Positions 26,881-39,751 of a stretch of 64,000 bases of DNA are shown in pieces; within the stretch, counting starts at the first letter, position 1; each line of letters starts with the position of its first letter. The stretch spans positions 56,608,001 through 56,672,000 of the forward strand of contig NC_087436.1 of assembly GCF_036321535.1 (NCBI RefSeq), given 5' to 3'. This DNA is from Camelus dromedarius (taxonomy: Eukaryota). The translations under genes and the position numbers were made by a program. The notes under the pieces are model-generated. The model did not search any database. It worked only from the letters and a program-made list of their open reading frames with translations, and was not told where the DNA came from.

Positions 26881-27879
26881 TGAGACTGACCTGATCAAAC
26901 CAGTCAGCTGCTCTAATGTGCAAATAAACCTTCCTCTGTCAACACTCAGGGACCCCAGTCAACTGGAGTAATAACAGCATCTGGAGTAGATAATCATTTA
27001 GCTCAAGTAGTAAATCCAAAAAAAAAAACAAAAAAAAAACACCCTAATGCATACTTAAATTCCCAACATTATTAACATCTACCACTACTATTTCAGGCAT
27101 GGCAGTATCCAGAGGTAAATCTTCCAAAAGGAAACCACAGTAATAATAGCAGTATCTGAAAGAGTTTAAAAAGGGGACGGAGAAGGAGTCCAAAATTATA
27201 ACCCACGCAGCATCAAACCTATCCATAGTCCTGATACAACTAACAGTTTATAAAAACTAGTGACTCAAAAGTATATTAAACATTGGAATTTTAAAATTAA
27301 CACTAGCTTTACTGACACAGTATGGATAGCTTTTTCATTTAAAGAGACAATTATATTTACAAAAACAAAATTCACTGAAGCACATAAAAACACATACATA
27401 GGTAAAATTCTAAAATCACACATGGTGTTTACATGTGTTTTAAGTCATAAATACTTTAAATATTATTTTTCCCTAAGTTTGGGATTTTCCCTTTTGAAGA
27501 TGGCCAAATAAATTATATTATTTACTACTTAGAGTTATTTAATATAAATATTCTTTCTTATGACAGCCTAAATACATTACTTATCAGCAAGCTTAGATTA
27601 ACTCCATCATCACACATGTATTTTATTGTTTCATTTTCAGTTTCTCTTAAATTCAGGATAAAATGGTCTTTGCTTTTTCTACAACCTACAAAAGACAGAT
27701 GCACTGAATTTTATCTTACATGATGAACTGCCCACTTATCAGAAACTCCCAAACTAAGTACTTTCTCCTTCCTAAATTAGAAATGAGTTAGAAATAGTCC
27801 TCCATTATTTTTCAAGTTATTACTGCACAACTTAAACTGCTTCTCACACTTTACAATGTTTTATTTGACATTTCCTCTG

Positions 27880-28110
27880 AGAAACCTTCCATAATGCTCA
27901 AGGTCTAGACTGTGTGTCCTTCCCTTCCCCTGGCATCTTGGACTTAACTGTAGCATTTCACTCCTTAAGCCATGTCTTAAGCCTTGCCTCTACCTCCCCA
28001 CACACTACAGGCCCTGTGAAGATCAGTACTCTATTTACTAAGTCCAGTACTTAGCACAGTGCCTACCTACCAAGCCCCTACTAAGCAGTCACTAAGTAAT
28101 TGTTGAAAGA
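27880..28110 (+). mobile_element. L2 3' end
   Basis: ccagtacttagcacagtgcct...cagtcactaagtaattgttgaa. Confidence 0.6.
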
Positions 28111-28577
28111 ACTTCCTAACAGCAGTATAAGAAAACTGACTTGCTGGAATAAATTAAGAGAGTCAACAAGCTTAAAGAAAAGGATGAAAGCACACCTCTT
28201 TACGAAAGTTAAAATCCTGAGGCACTCTACTTTGTAATCCAAGATGTGCAAGTATGCACTTTTTCAATTTACTGAAGTATAAATCTGTGGTAGTCAGGGT
28301 GTGGTATTGAGGTCACATGCATAATCTAAGGCTAATCCAACCCCACTTTTGCTAAATCCTGAATCAAACTTTCAACACATTTTCATTCTACCACACCTAC
28401 TCTACTTGGCAAGAATGCACTGACTTTTTTTCTTTGATTTCATACACACACACCTGCATGAAAACTTGAGACCTAAATATTACTACTCAGAATAGAATGA
28501 CAGCTTTCTTTTAGAAGCATACAGATTTTAAATTCACTAGATCTTTATTTTCCACATTATGTTCCTGGAACCCAGGG

Positions 28578-28730
28578 AAGTGGTTCTCAGGTACATCAGA
28601 ACCACTGGAGGGCTTGGTAAAGAGACTGCTGGGCTCTACCTTCAGAGATCCCGATTCAGGAGGTCTGGGGTGCAGCAAAGGTGATGATGACGTTGCTGGT
28701 CCTAGGACCGCACTCTGAGGATTCACCCTG
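28578..28730. mobile_element. MER5A hAT-Charlie MITE
   Basis: agtggttctcag...catcagaaccactggagggcttggtaaa...gattcaggaggtctgggg...gttgctggtcctaggaccgcactctgag. Confidence 0.8.
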
Positions 28731-28739
28731 TGCTTTTCA

Positions 28740-28965
28740 TAGATGCCCACAGATGAGCGGGTAATATCCACTCCCAAATACTGTGGGAAAGTGCTATGAA
28801 TTTTGTATGCTCTCTTAAAATTTCACTATACACTTTTAGCATATTAAAAGCTCTGAAAAGTTTTGCAATAAAGTAAGTTTTATTGTTTATCAAACAAAAT
28901 TACTTAACCCTGGAGTCAAGAGCAATCATTATCATCCTACCATGCTCTACAGAATACACTCTGAA
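28740..28965. mobile_element. MER103-like hAT-Charlie fragment
   Basis: ttagcatattaaaagctctgaaaagttttgcaataaag...gaatacactctgaaaa. Confidence 0.55.
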
Positions 28966-29789
28966 AAAAAAACTACATTTGACTATTTACAACTATTTCC
29001 TTAAAATGTATTTTAGCAGAACTTAATTCTGTCCTTGGAAAATAATCCAACTTCTTACCATGTATGATTCCTGTCTAAATAAAATAGCATTTCAACTTCC
29101 TGTCAAAATAAAATAGCATCTCCTCCAATCATGTATACCAGTTCTTGCAGTGCAAACTTCAGTAGCCCTTGGTGTGAAGTACATATCAAAATTTAGCAGT
29201 GCGTCAGTCATTAATCCAATTAATTAGAAGCTATGCATAATTTAATATTAATTTGAATTTGAAATACTGAAAACCACATATCTACCTTGTGTGTTCACAT
29301 TTACTAATAAAATGCTTACAGCAATGTTATAAAAAACCTTAAATATGTTCAGATCAAAATGTTTCCTCATACATGATTTTATCTGGTGTTTGCAAACACC
29401 TTAGTGAAGCTGATACAGCAGGTATTTCTCTGTGTTACCATGAGTTTGTTCGCTGAGAACAGGGAAGGCAAAGCGAGTCACCAATTCATGGAACTGAGTG
29501 ATGACATGTCTTTTGACTCATGTTCCAGTCACCCATCTCTCCATTGTGCTGTACTGTCTCAGTGGTAACTTATATACTCATCCTGTTTATTTTATCTAGC
29601 AGTTTTTCTTTTTTTTCTCTTAATCACAAAAATTACATGCAAAAATACATATTTAAGATCTTCCACATTATAGTTCACACATCTGAATATCGCTAAACAG
29701 CTGGTTGCCGTAAGAATAGCAAAAATGAATTACTAGGAGAATAAAAAGAAAAAAGCTAATTGAGTGAAGGCATCAGTTAGCAGAATTTA

Positions 29790-29890
29790 AACAATGTAAG
29801 CTCCCTAAGGGAACGATTCTTGCCTGTTCTGGTGCCTAACCCGGTGCCTGGCATGCTGTAGGTATTCCACATGTATTTGTTAAATTTGTG
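29790..29890 (+). mobile_element. L2 3' terminus
   Basis: aatgtaagctccctaaggg...gtgcctggcatgctgtaggtattccacatgtatttgttaaat. Confidence 0.7.
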
Positions 29891-31529
29891 AAAGACTGAG
29901 AGGCAGTAATTTGAAAATAGCACAGAAACATAATTAATATGTTTAAGAGACTTTGTCCTTTACATAAATTTAACTTTAAAAGGATTATTTAGATTTCCAA
30001 AGAGCAATCTGGACCTTAGATAACACAATCATGCTGTCCAATGTCAAGGACAGAGGAACTACCACTAGAAGCTCTTACCCTACAGAAGGAGGTGATTGCT
30101 GCTCAAGACAACTCAGCCACAGAAACACAGCAGGGGTGAGGAGTGGGGTGAAGAGAACACCTATTAAATAGAATGCCATTTTAGGAACAGTGTTCATTTA
30201 AGGAGCCGAATTATATTTCATATTAGAAAAATTATTTCCTAAAAATCCCCTATTTTTTTATAACTCAGTATTTTTGGCTTATTTTTATAATTATACCATT
30301 TTGAAAGTAGTAACATGCTGTGATTTTTAATCATATAAATTATTTTAGTTAAAAAATTTACATCTGTTTGGCAAGTCATATCAAAGTTATTGTATTTTAA
30401 CTTCTACTTTTTAATGGGCAAAATTGTTAATCTTGGTAATAAAAGCTTTTTCACTGACGTCTCTATGTCTAATATTAAACTATTCATTTCAGTTTCAACA
30501 ATTTAATATTCTAAGTATATATTTACCTTTCTTTGTGGATACGTAGAATAAAAATTTTCCTAAATTACTAATAAGAGACATCTGACAGGAGGCAGGGTAG
30601 CAATTATACATCTGTTTCCATTTTTATTATTGTACAGAACTTTCCAGATGTTCCTCCTTCATTGGTATTCCCCAAAGAATACATTTACTAGATTCCCTTT
30701 ATAATCATCTTACTAATGATAACATTAATTGAACAGAAAACAGAAAAAACATTAAAGGAATCTCAAGGATTCCATGTTTTTTATATTACAAGAGCAACTT
30801 TCCCTATGAAAATGGGTTAAACAAATGAGAGTGAGGACATAGCAGAAAAGTTCAGTGAAAAAGAGAATAAAGTGAGCAGGAAGTCAATCTGGAAGCAGTC
30901 TGGCCCCAAGTGAGCTTCTATGCACATTAAAAGAAGACCCCAGTGTTGCAGGTGTGCAAACGACAGCACCTGACAGAAGAATAACATCTGCAATATCCCT
31001 TCAACCTTCATTTAACCTTAACCTTCTTCACAAGCTGTAAACTACCACCAATAGGCCGCAGCCCAAAGTCTCATGTAAGATTTCTAGTCATGTTTCATTT
31101 ATGCTTCACAATGTATCTAAGTTCTACACACCATACTATTACATCAATTCATTTATTTCCTGACTGGCTATTATCAAAGAAAATATTTCATATCCTTTCC
31201 ATGAAGTTATTTTAGTAACATTTTTACACAAAATAAACTTTCAGATCCCTTCCCAGTAACCAATGGCACAGGGGGAGGAATGTAGTATCCTTAACTGCAA
31301 AATCATGGAATTGATAAGGAAATGTTTTCATGTGCCCAACTCCAAAGTTTAGGAAACCAGAAAAAAAAATCTTTTGTTGTAATATTTAATTCTTTATGGA
31401 TGTAATATATATTTGTGAGATTTATTTGTTTTCTTATTTAAAAAATCTTTTTGTTGATGTACAATGAAATCCATTTTGTTTCCATATTCAGCAAAGCACT
31501 TTGAGATTTGTACATAGGCAGGATAGAGT

Positions 31530-31970
31530 TATCTATTGTAGTAGCCACTCTAATTTACTCCCTAACATCTATTAACACAAATGATCAGTCTAAGCCAGGC
31601 ACCATCATCCATCTCCCTTGTTAATGATGAGTAGGAATGGGCAAGTTGGCTGCAGGGCTTCTGGAGAGAATTCTTCCACACTAAGAAAGAGGCGTAATAA
31701 AAGATGGCACCTGTTCTTCCTCTGGAAACATTCTCGTATCTGAAGGTGGTGTGTGGCGCTAACTGCCAGACGATGAGGCCAACACAATGTCAGAGGCTAT
31801 AGAGGAACAGCCATCAAACAAGCAAATTCTACAAGAACATTATGGAGCCACTGCTCTGCATCAGTCAGCTCTGGCACCACTCTCCCTAGACATCCACTTA
31901 AGACAGATTATCAACTTTCCTGTTTAAGTCAGTTTGAATTGGGATTTTTCTTTTTTTGCAAAATTATTCT
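31530..31970 (+). mobile_element. ERVL-class solo LTR (LTR33-like)
   Basis: gtctaagcca...gggcttctggagag...gatgaggccaacac...ttcctgtttaagtcagtttgaattgggattttt. Confidence 0.6.
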
Positions 31971-34900
31971 TAGAACAATGAAAAAAATGGCATTTAAACT
32001 TACTCAAGGATTCCAATCATACGCACAACATTCAATAAATTTTATAGAAAACAAACTAGATACTAATGTCATTAAATATGACTTTATTAAATTTACAGCC
32101 CAAAAGAAAAATTTACCTAATATAAAAATGTTTTTACTCAAGTCTACCACCAAATTCCCCTCAACTGACTTCCTCATTTAACAGAAAAGTTTTTCTGAAT
32201 GAAACATCTTAAATATGGTACTTATTTGCCTTCTTTCACAATTACATGTTTTCATTATCTCAAATTAAGTCTCTAAATACCATATGGGCAGTAAAAAAAA
32301 AAAAAGGTTCTGATTTATCATTTGTTGGATGATATTTTTAGTAAATTACTAATCAAAAATAGGTAAGTTCAAATATCACATGGATGCACTACATTGGTGT
32401 CTGCATATGGGGGTTAGTCATGCAGTGGTCGAAGTTTGAAAGCCTCATAGGTGGAGTAAGTTATCTGCTCTGTTCACATGCTCAGGGTCCACTAAAGAAG
32501 TCAGGCAGAACAGCACTCATCATCTGATAATTATCTACCACAGAGCTGTGGACCAGCATCAAAAAGGGAGTATCTCATTAACCGGGGAATCCATGGAGAG
32601 GGAAAATGTTATGTGGCGAGGAAGGTTTCCTTAGCTCCCTCCTGAACAGATGTATGGGGCAGTGTCAGGCTTCTTGTGTCAGTGATCAGGCTAATTAAAT
32701 TATGTAAGAAGTTAATGCATCAAAACCCAAACAAAAAAATGGATTAAAATTGTTAAAACACTGGAGTTAGTAGCCCAATTATATATCTGATTTTCTTCAC
32801 CACAATTCTGAAAGAAATAAAATACTAAGACTTTGAACTCTAAAAACTAAAAGGTCACTAAGATAAGGTATTCAGCCTGCAGGCTGCTCAGAGAGACACA
32901 TCTAAGCTTTTCTTGACTCCCTATCTCAGGCAGAATGTAGCCCCAGGAAATAAATGGAGAGTCAGTACCTTGCCATATAGAGAGGCTGGACTGTGTGCAG
33001 CAAAGGTCTCCCGGTATGTCACCTCAGGTCTTTTTATTTTTTCTTCATAAACTATGACCACAATTCCCTTCTCTGCTGGTTGTTTCTAAAATCACCTTCC
33101 AGCCACTGGTTCCCCAAAGCCTGGGCAGAGCTCGTCACAGCAGAGATCTCAAAAAGAGCTTTGCCCCCAACATTTTCCCGTAGCTCACTCACGTCCACCA
33201 CGGAACTGTGCAGCCCATCAGGAGAGAAGTACGCAAGTGAAGGGAACTGAAGCTCGTTTTCCATTAAGTCAGTTCTCCTGCCAACCTGCCAACAGCGAAG
33301 GACCCCTTGCCTTTGCCCACTTCACTCCAGTTTTAACCAAAATTTTCAAACGTAGCTGCATCTCAGAATTCTTTAAGACCTAAAGCTGCTCTTCTGTGAG
33401 GTAAATTTAGGATGTGAGCTGAGAAAGAGCACCACAACCTCAATAAGAAATGATTTCAAAATACTTCAACTAAGCATTTCAAGGAGTCTCTAACAAGAAA
33501 GTGGACAGTTGCCACAGTGGCTGCCTGTGGAAATGCTTGCCAAATGTTGATACCAAAAATTAACTTAGAAACATTTGTGTTTTTTTTGACATGAACGCTT
33601 TTTAACTGGGAGGCAAAATATAATTTTACCTAAAGGACACATTTTAGGAATATCACTTCCCATTCAAAAGCAATCATCCTTCAAAGCTGAACTGACAGGG
33701 AGGTCGCCATTGCACTGTGCAAAGACCCCTGGACTGGTGAGTATTACCCTGAAAAAGCCTTGGTAGCCTTCGCACTGATGAGCAGCTGATGAGGTGATGC
33801 TGCTAGTCAGGAGACTAAGCAGGATGAACAGGTCCCCCGTCTGCCTGGCCTGGAGTGCATTCCCGCAATGGACTAGTTTGGTCCTCTAGGTACCACGCCT
33901 ACACAGTGACGATTCAATAAGCCTTCCAGATCTCACCTCATAACCAATCTGACTGTGTTGCCACTGCTATCATGCCCTCCCCACAGTCCTGGGAGGGAAG
34001 GTCACAGCTAGTTTCATCTGAAAAAGACAGGGAAGAGCAAGCCAGCCATCTACTATCTTCTCTCCTATTTCCTCCTCTCTTTCTTGTCTACGTTGTCCAT
34101 CTCCCTCCTCATCCTTTCTCTCGTTTCCATCTTCTCCCTTTCCAACTTAGTAATTTACCTATTTATCCAATCACAGTTCAATATGCCCTATGTGGGGGAA
34201 GCTCTGGACTGTGAGTGATCTCTGCTGTCTAGAAGCTTACAGTCCAGTAAAAAATACATCGGACAGATAAGCAACCACCACACAATAAAGTAAGTGCTAA
34301 CACAGAGCTTCGTACCAGCATACAGAGCATTTCATTACTGCGGGGGGGGGGGGGGGTGGAAGATTCACTTACCTACCACCTCAACAGATGCACGTGGCAT
34401 ATATCTGCCAAAAGCCACCCCACTTTTTTTTTTTAAACTACCAACACGCAGTTCCACCCAGGCCACAAGAAGAGAACATTTATGAATCTTGTTCTTATTA
34501 CACTTATAACTAAATCCATACAGTCTGGCACTTACACCTTGTTCATTCCTATATCCATACTGGCTAGCACAATGCCCAGCAAACAGCACGTATTCATAGA
34601 TTTTGTGGAATTGACTTCCATAATTTACATGTACCACTGTTTCACTGAACTCTTATTTTGATTTAAGATCTTTCTAGGCAGAACTATTTCCAACAGTATC
34701 TTGATCCAAATTTCAACTCTTGAATGAATTCTGTTTGGGATTAGAGCTTACATTTGTGTTAAGTTTAAAACACTATGTTTCATATAGACAGATAAATAGA
34801 TATTCTAAAATTATTTGGGAAAATATTGCTAACAATATTTTAAAATCTGAATTCTGTTAGTATTAAGCTTCAAAAAAGCTAAATAAACCTTACCTCTTAA

Positions 34901-36190
34901 GTGCCTACTAATGCTTACTAGTTACAGAATACATGTTTTCAATTAGTAGGTTGCAACACCTTTTGGCTTTATTTTCGCCACAATTTTCTGTGGCAGTAAA
35001 TTTAATTTCAAAAGAAAGTAGCTATAGATTATGGAACCCAGTATAGCTGTGTAACACATAAATAAGTCTCAGCCAGCTTTAAAGCGTATTAAAGAGAGTT
35101 GTGAAATATATGTGTAAACATGAAATTCGAAGTGTTAATCCAGTGACACTTAAGTATTGGTTCCAGTTTATAAACAGATTCTTTTAAAGCTTCTAGGCAA
35201 AGTCTGAGGAATAGCAATGGTGTGCCCTGTCACAGCTGGTAAGAGGTAAAGCTTATTGTATGCTATAATGATCTCTCTTAGAATCCATTAATTATTGTGA
35301 ATACCGTATTTCTGAAAACTCCAATTTTAGCAACATATGTTATTTGGTTAAAGTTAGTGCTAAAAGTAGAATGAATCAGGTTCTTTTTTTGAACACACTA
35401 AATGTACCTCATAATTCATGAGGTTTCGAGTATAAATTAGATAAGGTATCTATGTGATTTTGTTAATGCCTATAAGAATGAAAATATATTTACATTTATG
35501 ACTTTGATCAGATTTTACAACCTGAGTTAAGAATCCTAGGTACAAATGTCCTTTGAGAATAAGTTAGTATCCTTACATGTTCTGAGCTCTTTCAAGTACT
35601 CAGAGAAAAGGCTTCTGTTTCTGATGCAAATCATTACTATATCATTATGAGAAAAATATGTTTTAATTACAACAACGCATTGGATAATTTAAAACACTTT
35701 TTCGTGCAACAGTCTGCATAGCTCTGGGAATAAACAATGAACAAAGCATTCTCCCTGCCCTGGAGGAGTTTACAGTCCACTGGAAAAGCAGGCCAGCAGG
35801 CAGGTTACACCGACTGGTAAATCACTCACAAAGCAGGAGCTCGGTAAAGCTCTCCAAGAAAACAAAGGTTTTCTGTAGACGGAGAACGTTCCAATGGTTT
35901 TTAAATTCATTAAATAGTTGACTTTTTGGTGAAGTTAAACCATAAAATTTTGAATCCGACTACCCAAGTTAAAATCCTGCTCCACACAGTCAAGGTCTAG
36001 CACCTAGGAAAATTCCTTCTGGCTTCCTTACCCCTCTTCTCACCAAGTACGTAGCGTGGACCTCAGTGGCCTCACCGGGAGACACAGTGGAGTAATACTC
36101 TGAACAAGAAAGACGCGCTTCCTGGGCTTCCGGGGATCTCAGTTTTGTAGCAAAGACTAATAACACATTAGGCAATTCCACTTTGTTTAG

Positions 36191-36982
36191 CTACTCACTA
36201 ATCATGAGGCCAACTGAAGGAGCAGGAATGAATAAAAGCTCAAAATGACAGACTGTTTCAGGAACTGTTCCTTTTGGCAGGAAGGCACTCTTCCAACCAC
36301 AGCTGAATACAATGCTTTCAAGCCAACCTTTCAATAAAAACAAAATTTCATTGGGTAGATTCTGTTCCACTATTAAGGTACTACAACTGTGTCCAAATGT
36401 ACGGGTCTGGGTGAGCTCCTGGTTAAAAGATCTGTTTCTCACCATGAAGCAGATACTTACATATTCCCATAAAATCTCTGTCAGCATGTACTTGAAAATC
36501 TCAAGAGCATCCAGATTAGAGTAAAAGGTCACAATCAATGCTATATTTGTGAAGGATTGAAGAAGGGTCTCCAATCTAGGTCCTTGGGGAGGAGGGGGAA
36601 GAACTTGTTTACACGCACACAGAGTAAGCAGCTGTTTAAGTGGTGTGACTGGAGGGGGTGATGAAAAGGCCTCTGGGCTAAATATACTCCCACTGCCTGT
36701 GCCACAGGGCCTGGAATTCCCATGCAGTTTCTTCCAGGGGCTCACATGGAGACTCCTGCTAAGACAACTCAGATCAGCATGGGGAGCACCCGTAGCTATC
36801 GTCAGCCAGTGTTTTAGCTCAAATTCATTCAGTTCATTAGCCACTGTAACACTTAACAGTGCACAGTCGAGCGCTGCGTTGTCAAGGTGAGCGAGGATAA
36901 TAAAGGTCTGGATGTGAATTTGAGTTTTTTCCAGTTGGCGGGGTGGGGGGAGGGCGCAGATGGGGGGAAGAGGAAAAAACAT
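36191..36982 (-). other. 263-codon ATG-initiated ORF in apparently unique sequence; product not recognised
   Basis: ORF track; longest ORF in the window; no recognisable domain; coding status unsupported. Confidence 0.2.
36862..36879. repeat. 18-bp direct repeat, copy 1 (cacagtcgagcgctgcgt)
   Basis: Exact match to 39734-39751; contains 3 CpGs. Confidence 0.95.
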
Positions 36983-37319
36983 TAGGTCCCTTCATCCTGA
37001 GAGGGCTGAGCAAGTTCTAACTATAAAATTGTTTTTTACCCTCTGGCCCAAGGCTAACTTTATAAGAGAAAAGTAAACAGTCTTGAAACTGTCTAGAGAA
37101 TGGGTATGGGGTTTTCTTCTATAAACGTCCACTTACTCATCTCCCCCTGCCCCTACCTAATCAGTCTAGACCAATGAAACTTTTCTCAAAGTAAGGATAC
37201 TATATATGTTCACTTATACAAAATTGTAAGTCATTATATAGGATGAGGGAATAGCTTAGTGGTAGAGGGTTTTCTGAGACACAAGATCCTGACTGAAAAT
37301 CAAGAGTACCCCTAGAATT

Positions 37320-37430
37320 TCCACTAGACTGTATGTTCCATCACGAGTAGGATTTCCTTGCTCTGTTCACTGTGTTAATCTCAGTGCCCAGCAGAGTCCC
37401 TGGTATACAGGTATACAGCGGGGGCTCAAC
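37320..37430 (+). mobile_element. L2 3' terminus
   Basis: ccactagactgtatgttccat...ctgttcactgtgttaatctcagtgcccagcagagtccctgg. Confidence 0.7.
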
Positions 37431-37434
37431 TACA

Positions 37435-37685
37435 GAGACAGTATGGCCTGGAAGCTGAAAGCTTAGACTCTCTCAGTGAGGTGCAGCTCTCTTCCTAGCT
37501 TGTAATACTGAGCAAGGTATTTAGCCTCTTTATGCCTCAGATTCCTCATCTGCAAAAAGGGGATAATAGTACTTATTCTGTGAAGTTGTCACGGAAAATA
37601 AATGAGTTAAATAGAAACAGTATATATATAGCAGTGTCTGACACAAAATCAGCAGTACAGAAGTATTAGATATTATTACCGTTTG
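37435..37685 (+). mobile_element. MIR SINE
   Basis: gagcaaggtatttagcctctttatgcctcagattcctcatctgcaaaaaggggataatagtactt...aaatgagttaa. Confidence 0.85.
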
Positions 37686-37865
37686 CTGAATGCATGAGGA
37701 GACCTAGAAGGCTAACCGAAAATAGCAAGAGTATAAGCACAAGCATAAGACTAAGGCAGCACAATGAGCCAACCACAGGGAGGCCTGCACAGGAGTCCCT
37801 AATAACGTAATTAAAAAGAATACAAAGAGCAGTACCCGCTTTCGTTACAGAAAAATAATACAGCA

Positions 37866-38003
37866 TATTTTTCCTGAACCCTAGGTTAACAACAGAATCA
37901 TCAGCAGAGCTTTTTAAAAAGCTAATGCCTGGGCAGAGTTTCTGACTTACTAAGCTCCTCCAGTGACGCTCCTGTGCAGCAAATAGTTAAGAACCACCTA
38001 CTG
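37866..38003. mobile_element. MER5-like MITE (degraded)
   Basis: cagaatcatcagcagagctttttaaaaagctaatgcctgggc...ttaagaaccac. Confidence 0.6.
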
Positions 38004-39339
38004 AGAATTGTGGTTTCCAGTTTTTTCCACCCCAGTGCATTTTGAGGCATATAACACATTCCATCCAGTATGAGAAGCTCCCCAGAGAAGTGGGTGGAAG
38101 AGAAAAGAGTGGAGTCATCAGAGAAGGTTCTCAGCATCATCCTGATACCTTCTCCTGAGGTGCTTGTATCTCCCATCATCCCACTGAACTTGGAGCACAG
38201 AGTAGATACTATCTCTCATCCTCACAGTAACCCTGGAAGAAATTTTAGAAGCATTTAGCAACTCACGAGACACAGGCACTCATCAGAGTAACACCAGCTG
38301 AGTGCAACAATAGCACATGGCCAATGATTAGCTCTGCCTACAGGGGAGATACTAGGATTCCCATTTTGCAGACCAGGAAAAGAAGCCGAGGCCTTTAGGC
38401 TAATATGTCAAAGGCCACAAACCTCTAAGAAATAGAAGAGCCAGAATCTGAACTTATCAAGGGATGAAAAGGGGAAATTCCTGAAACGATGAAAAAAAAA
38501 ATGGCACAGTATTTGAAAAGGTCAGTGCCTGAAAACAAAATTTCTAGGGATTCTGTGGTACGCTCTTCTTAGAATCAAACTGTTGTCTTCTATCCTGGCC
38601 ATGAATTCTCAAAGGACTTGACAAGTGTGAAATCACTGTCTTTACACGGACAGACATGTGGAGAAGGAAAGTTACTTACACCTTTCTTTTCCAATAACAG
38701 ACTTTCAGAACAGGATGAGTCTGGATCATTTTGTTTTCCTTGATAGACGTGCCTTCTAAGTTGTAAGATGAATTAATGTGAAATTCACTTTTTATAAGAT
38801 AAACTGCAGAAAACAATGTGATAGCTAGATTTCTATTAAGCATTTCAGATCTTGATTTTTATTCTATAGAAAAATAACTTGTGCTATTGAAAAACAATGG
38901 CAATGGAAGAATAATGGTCAACAATTTAGGAATACTAATTTAGATCCATATTTCACATTTTACAACAAATTCCAAACAGAATGAGAGTTACATCCAAACA
39001 GTTCAAATTACGTAAGTACTAGCACCAACTAAAACTATCAGATATGAGGACGGGTTGTAATGACACACATATTTTTAAATAAAACAGAAGTAAAAGACAG
39101 AAAAATCAACAGACTGAAGAAACCACACAATGCCAAAACACCAGATAAAATGTATACATTTACTATAGTCTTCGAACATGTCATTGTTTAGCATAAAAAA
39201 GGCTAAGTCCTCCAAAAAATCCACACAGAATAAAAAACGTAAACAAATATGAACTCTTTGACATAACTGTTTACATTAGGCAAAAGTACAGAAAAATTCA
39301 GTATAATAAAAGTAACCTTATCAATGTCAGACACTGCCC

Positions 39340-39545
39340 TCTTTTTATACAAGTTGTCTAACTTACTCCTTACAATAGCCCCATTAGGCGGGAAACAGCA
39401 TTTTTCACACTTTAGAGACCAGTAAAACCAATGCTTAGAATAGATAAGTAACCTTTCCAAGATCACACATCTAGTGAGGGGTGATTCTGGGATTTGAACC
39501 CAGACAGCCTAATTCTAGCACCCATATTCTTTATCACCATGTCCC
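39340..39545 (-). mobile_element. MIR SINE
   Basis: aagtaacctttccaagatcacacatctagtgaggggtgattctgggatttgaacccagacagcct. Confidence 0.8.
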
Positions 39546-39733
39546 ATCAAATTAACAAAAATAAGATTATTGAAACATTTCCAATATTGATTTGCCAATA
39601 TTACCAATAACCACTAAGTTAGCAAAACAAAAAGTATTACTGATATTGACTATACATCAGGAGGAGATGTTGCAGAGTTCTAACAGAAATTCAGCAAAAT
39701 GTTTCAAAGCAGTCATTCTTTTTCCTAGTAATT

Positions 39734-39751
39734 CACAGTCGAGCGCTGCGT
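39734..39751. repeat. 18-bp direct repeat, copy 2 (cacagtcgagcgctgcgt)
   Basis: Exact match to 36862-36879. Confidence 0.95.

Noticed and set aside
27050..27190. Strong minus-strand acceptor with an open frame (YCYYYCGFLLEDLP...); similar cases at about 5410, 11227, 58190 and 62036
   Set aside because: Weak or missing donors and unrecognisable peptides; expected by chance in T-rich intron sequence.
29514..29520. AP-1 site TGACTCA, one of about 15 scattered through the window
   Set aside because: Dispersed rather than clustered, and not clearly above background for a 7-mer.
34342..34356. Long G homopolymers (also 49108-49123), (CA)n tracts and A-runs
   Set aside because: Simple repeats with no further supporting structure.
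36862..36900. V(D)J RSS-like heptamer CACAGTC in the twin motif
   Set aside because: No ACAAAAACC-like nonamer at 12 or 23 bp in either copy, and no V/J segments nearby.
37241..37300. ggatgagggaatagcttagtggtagag, resembling a SINE/tRNA head
   Set aside because: Only an A-box-like stretch; no B box, tail or TSD.
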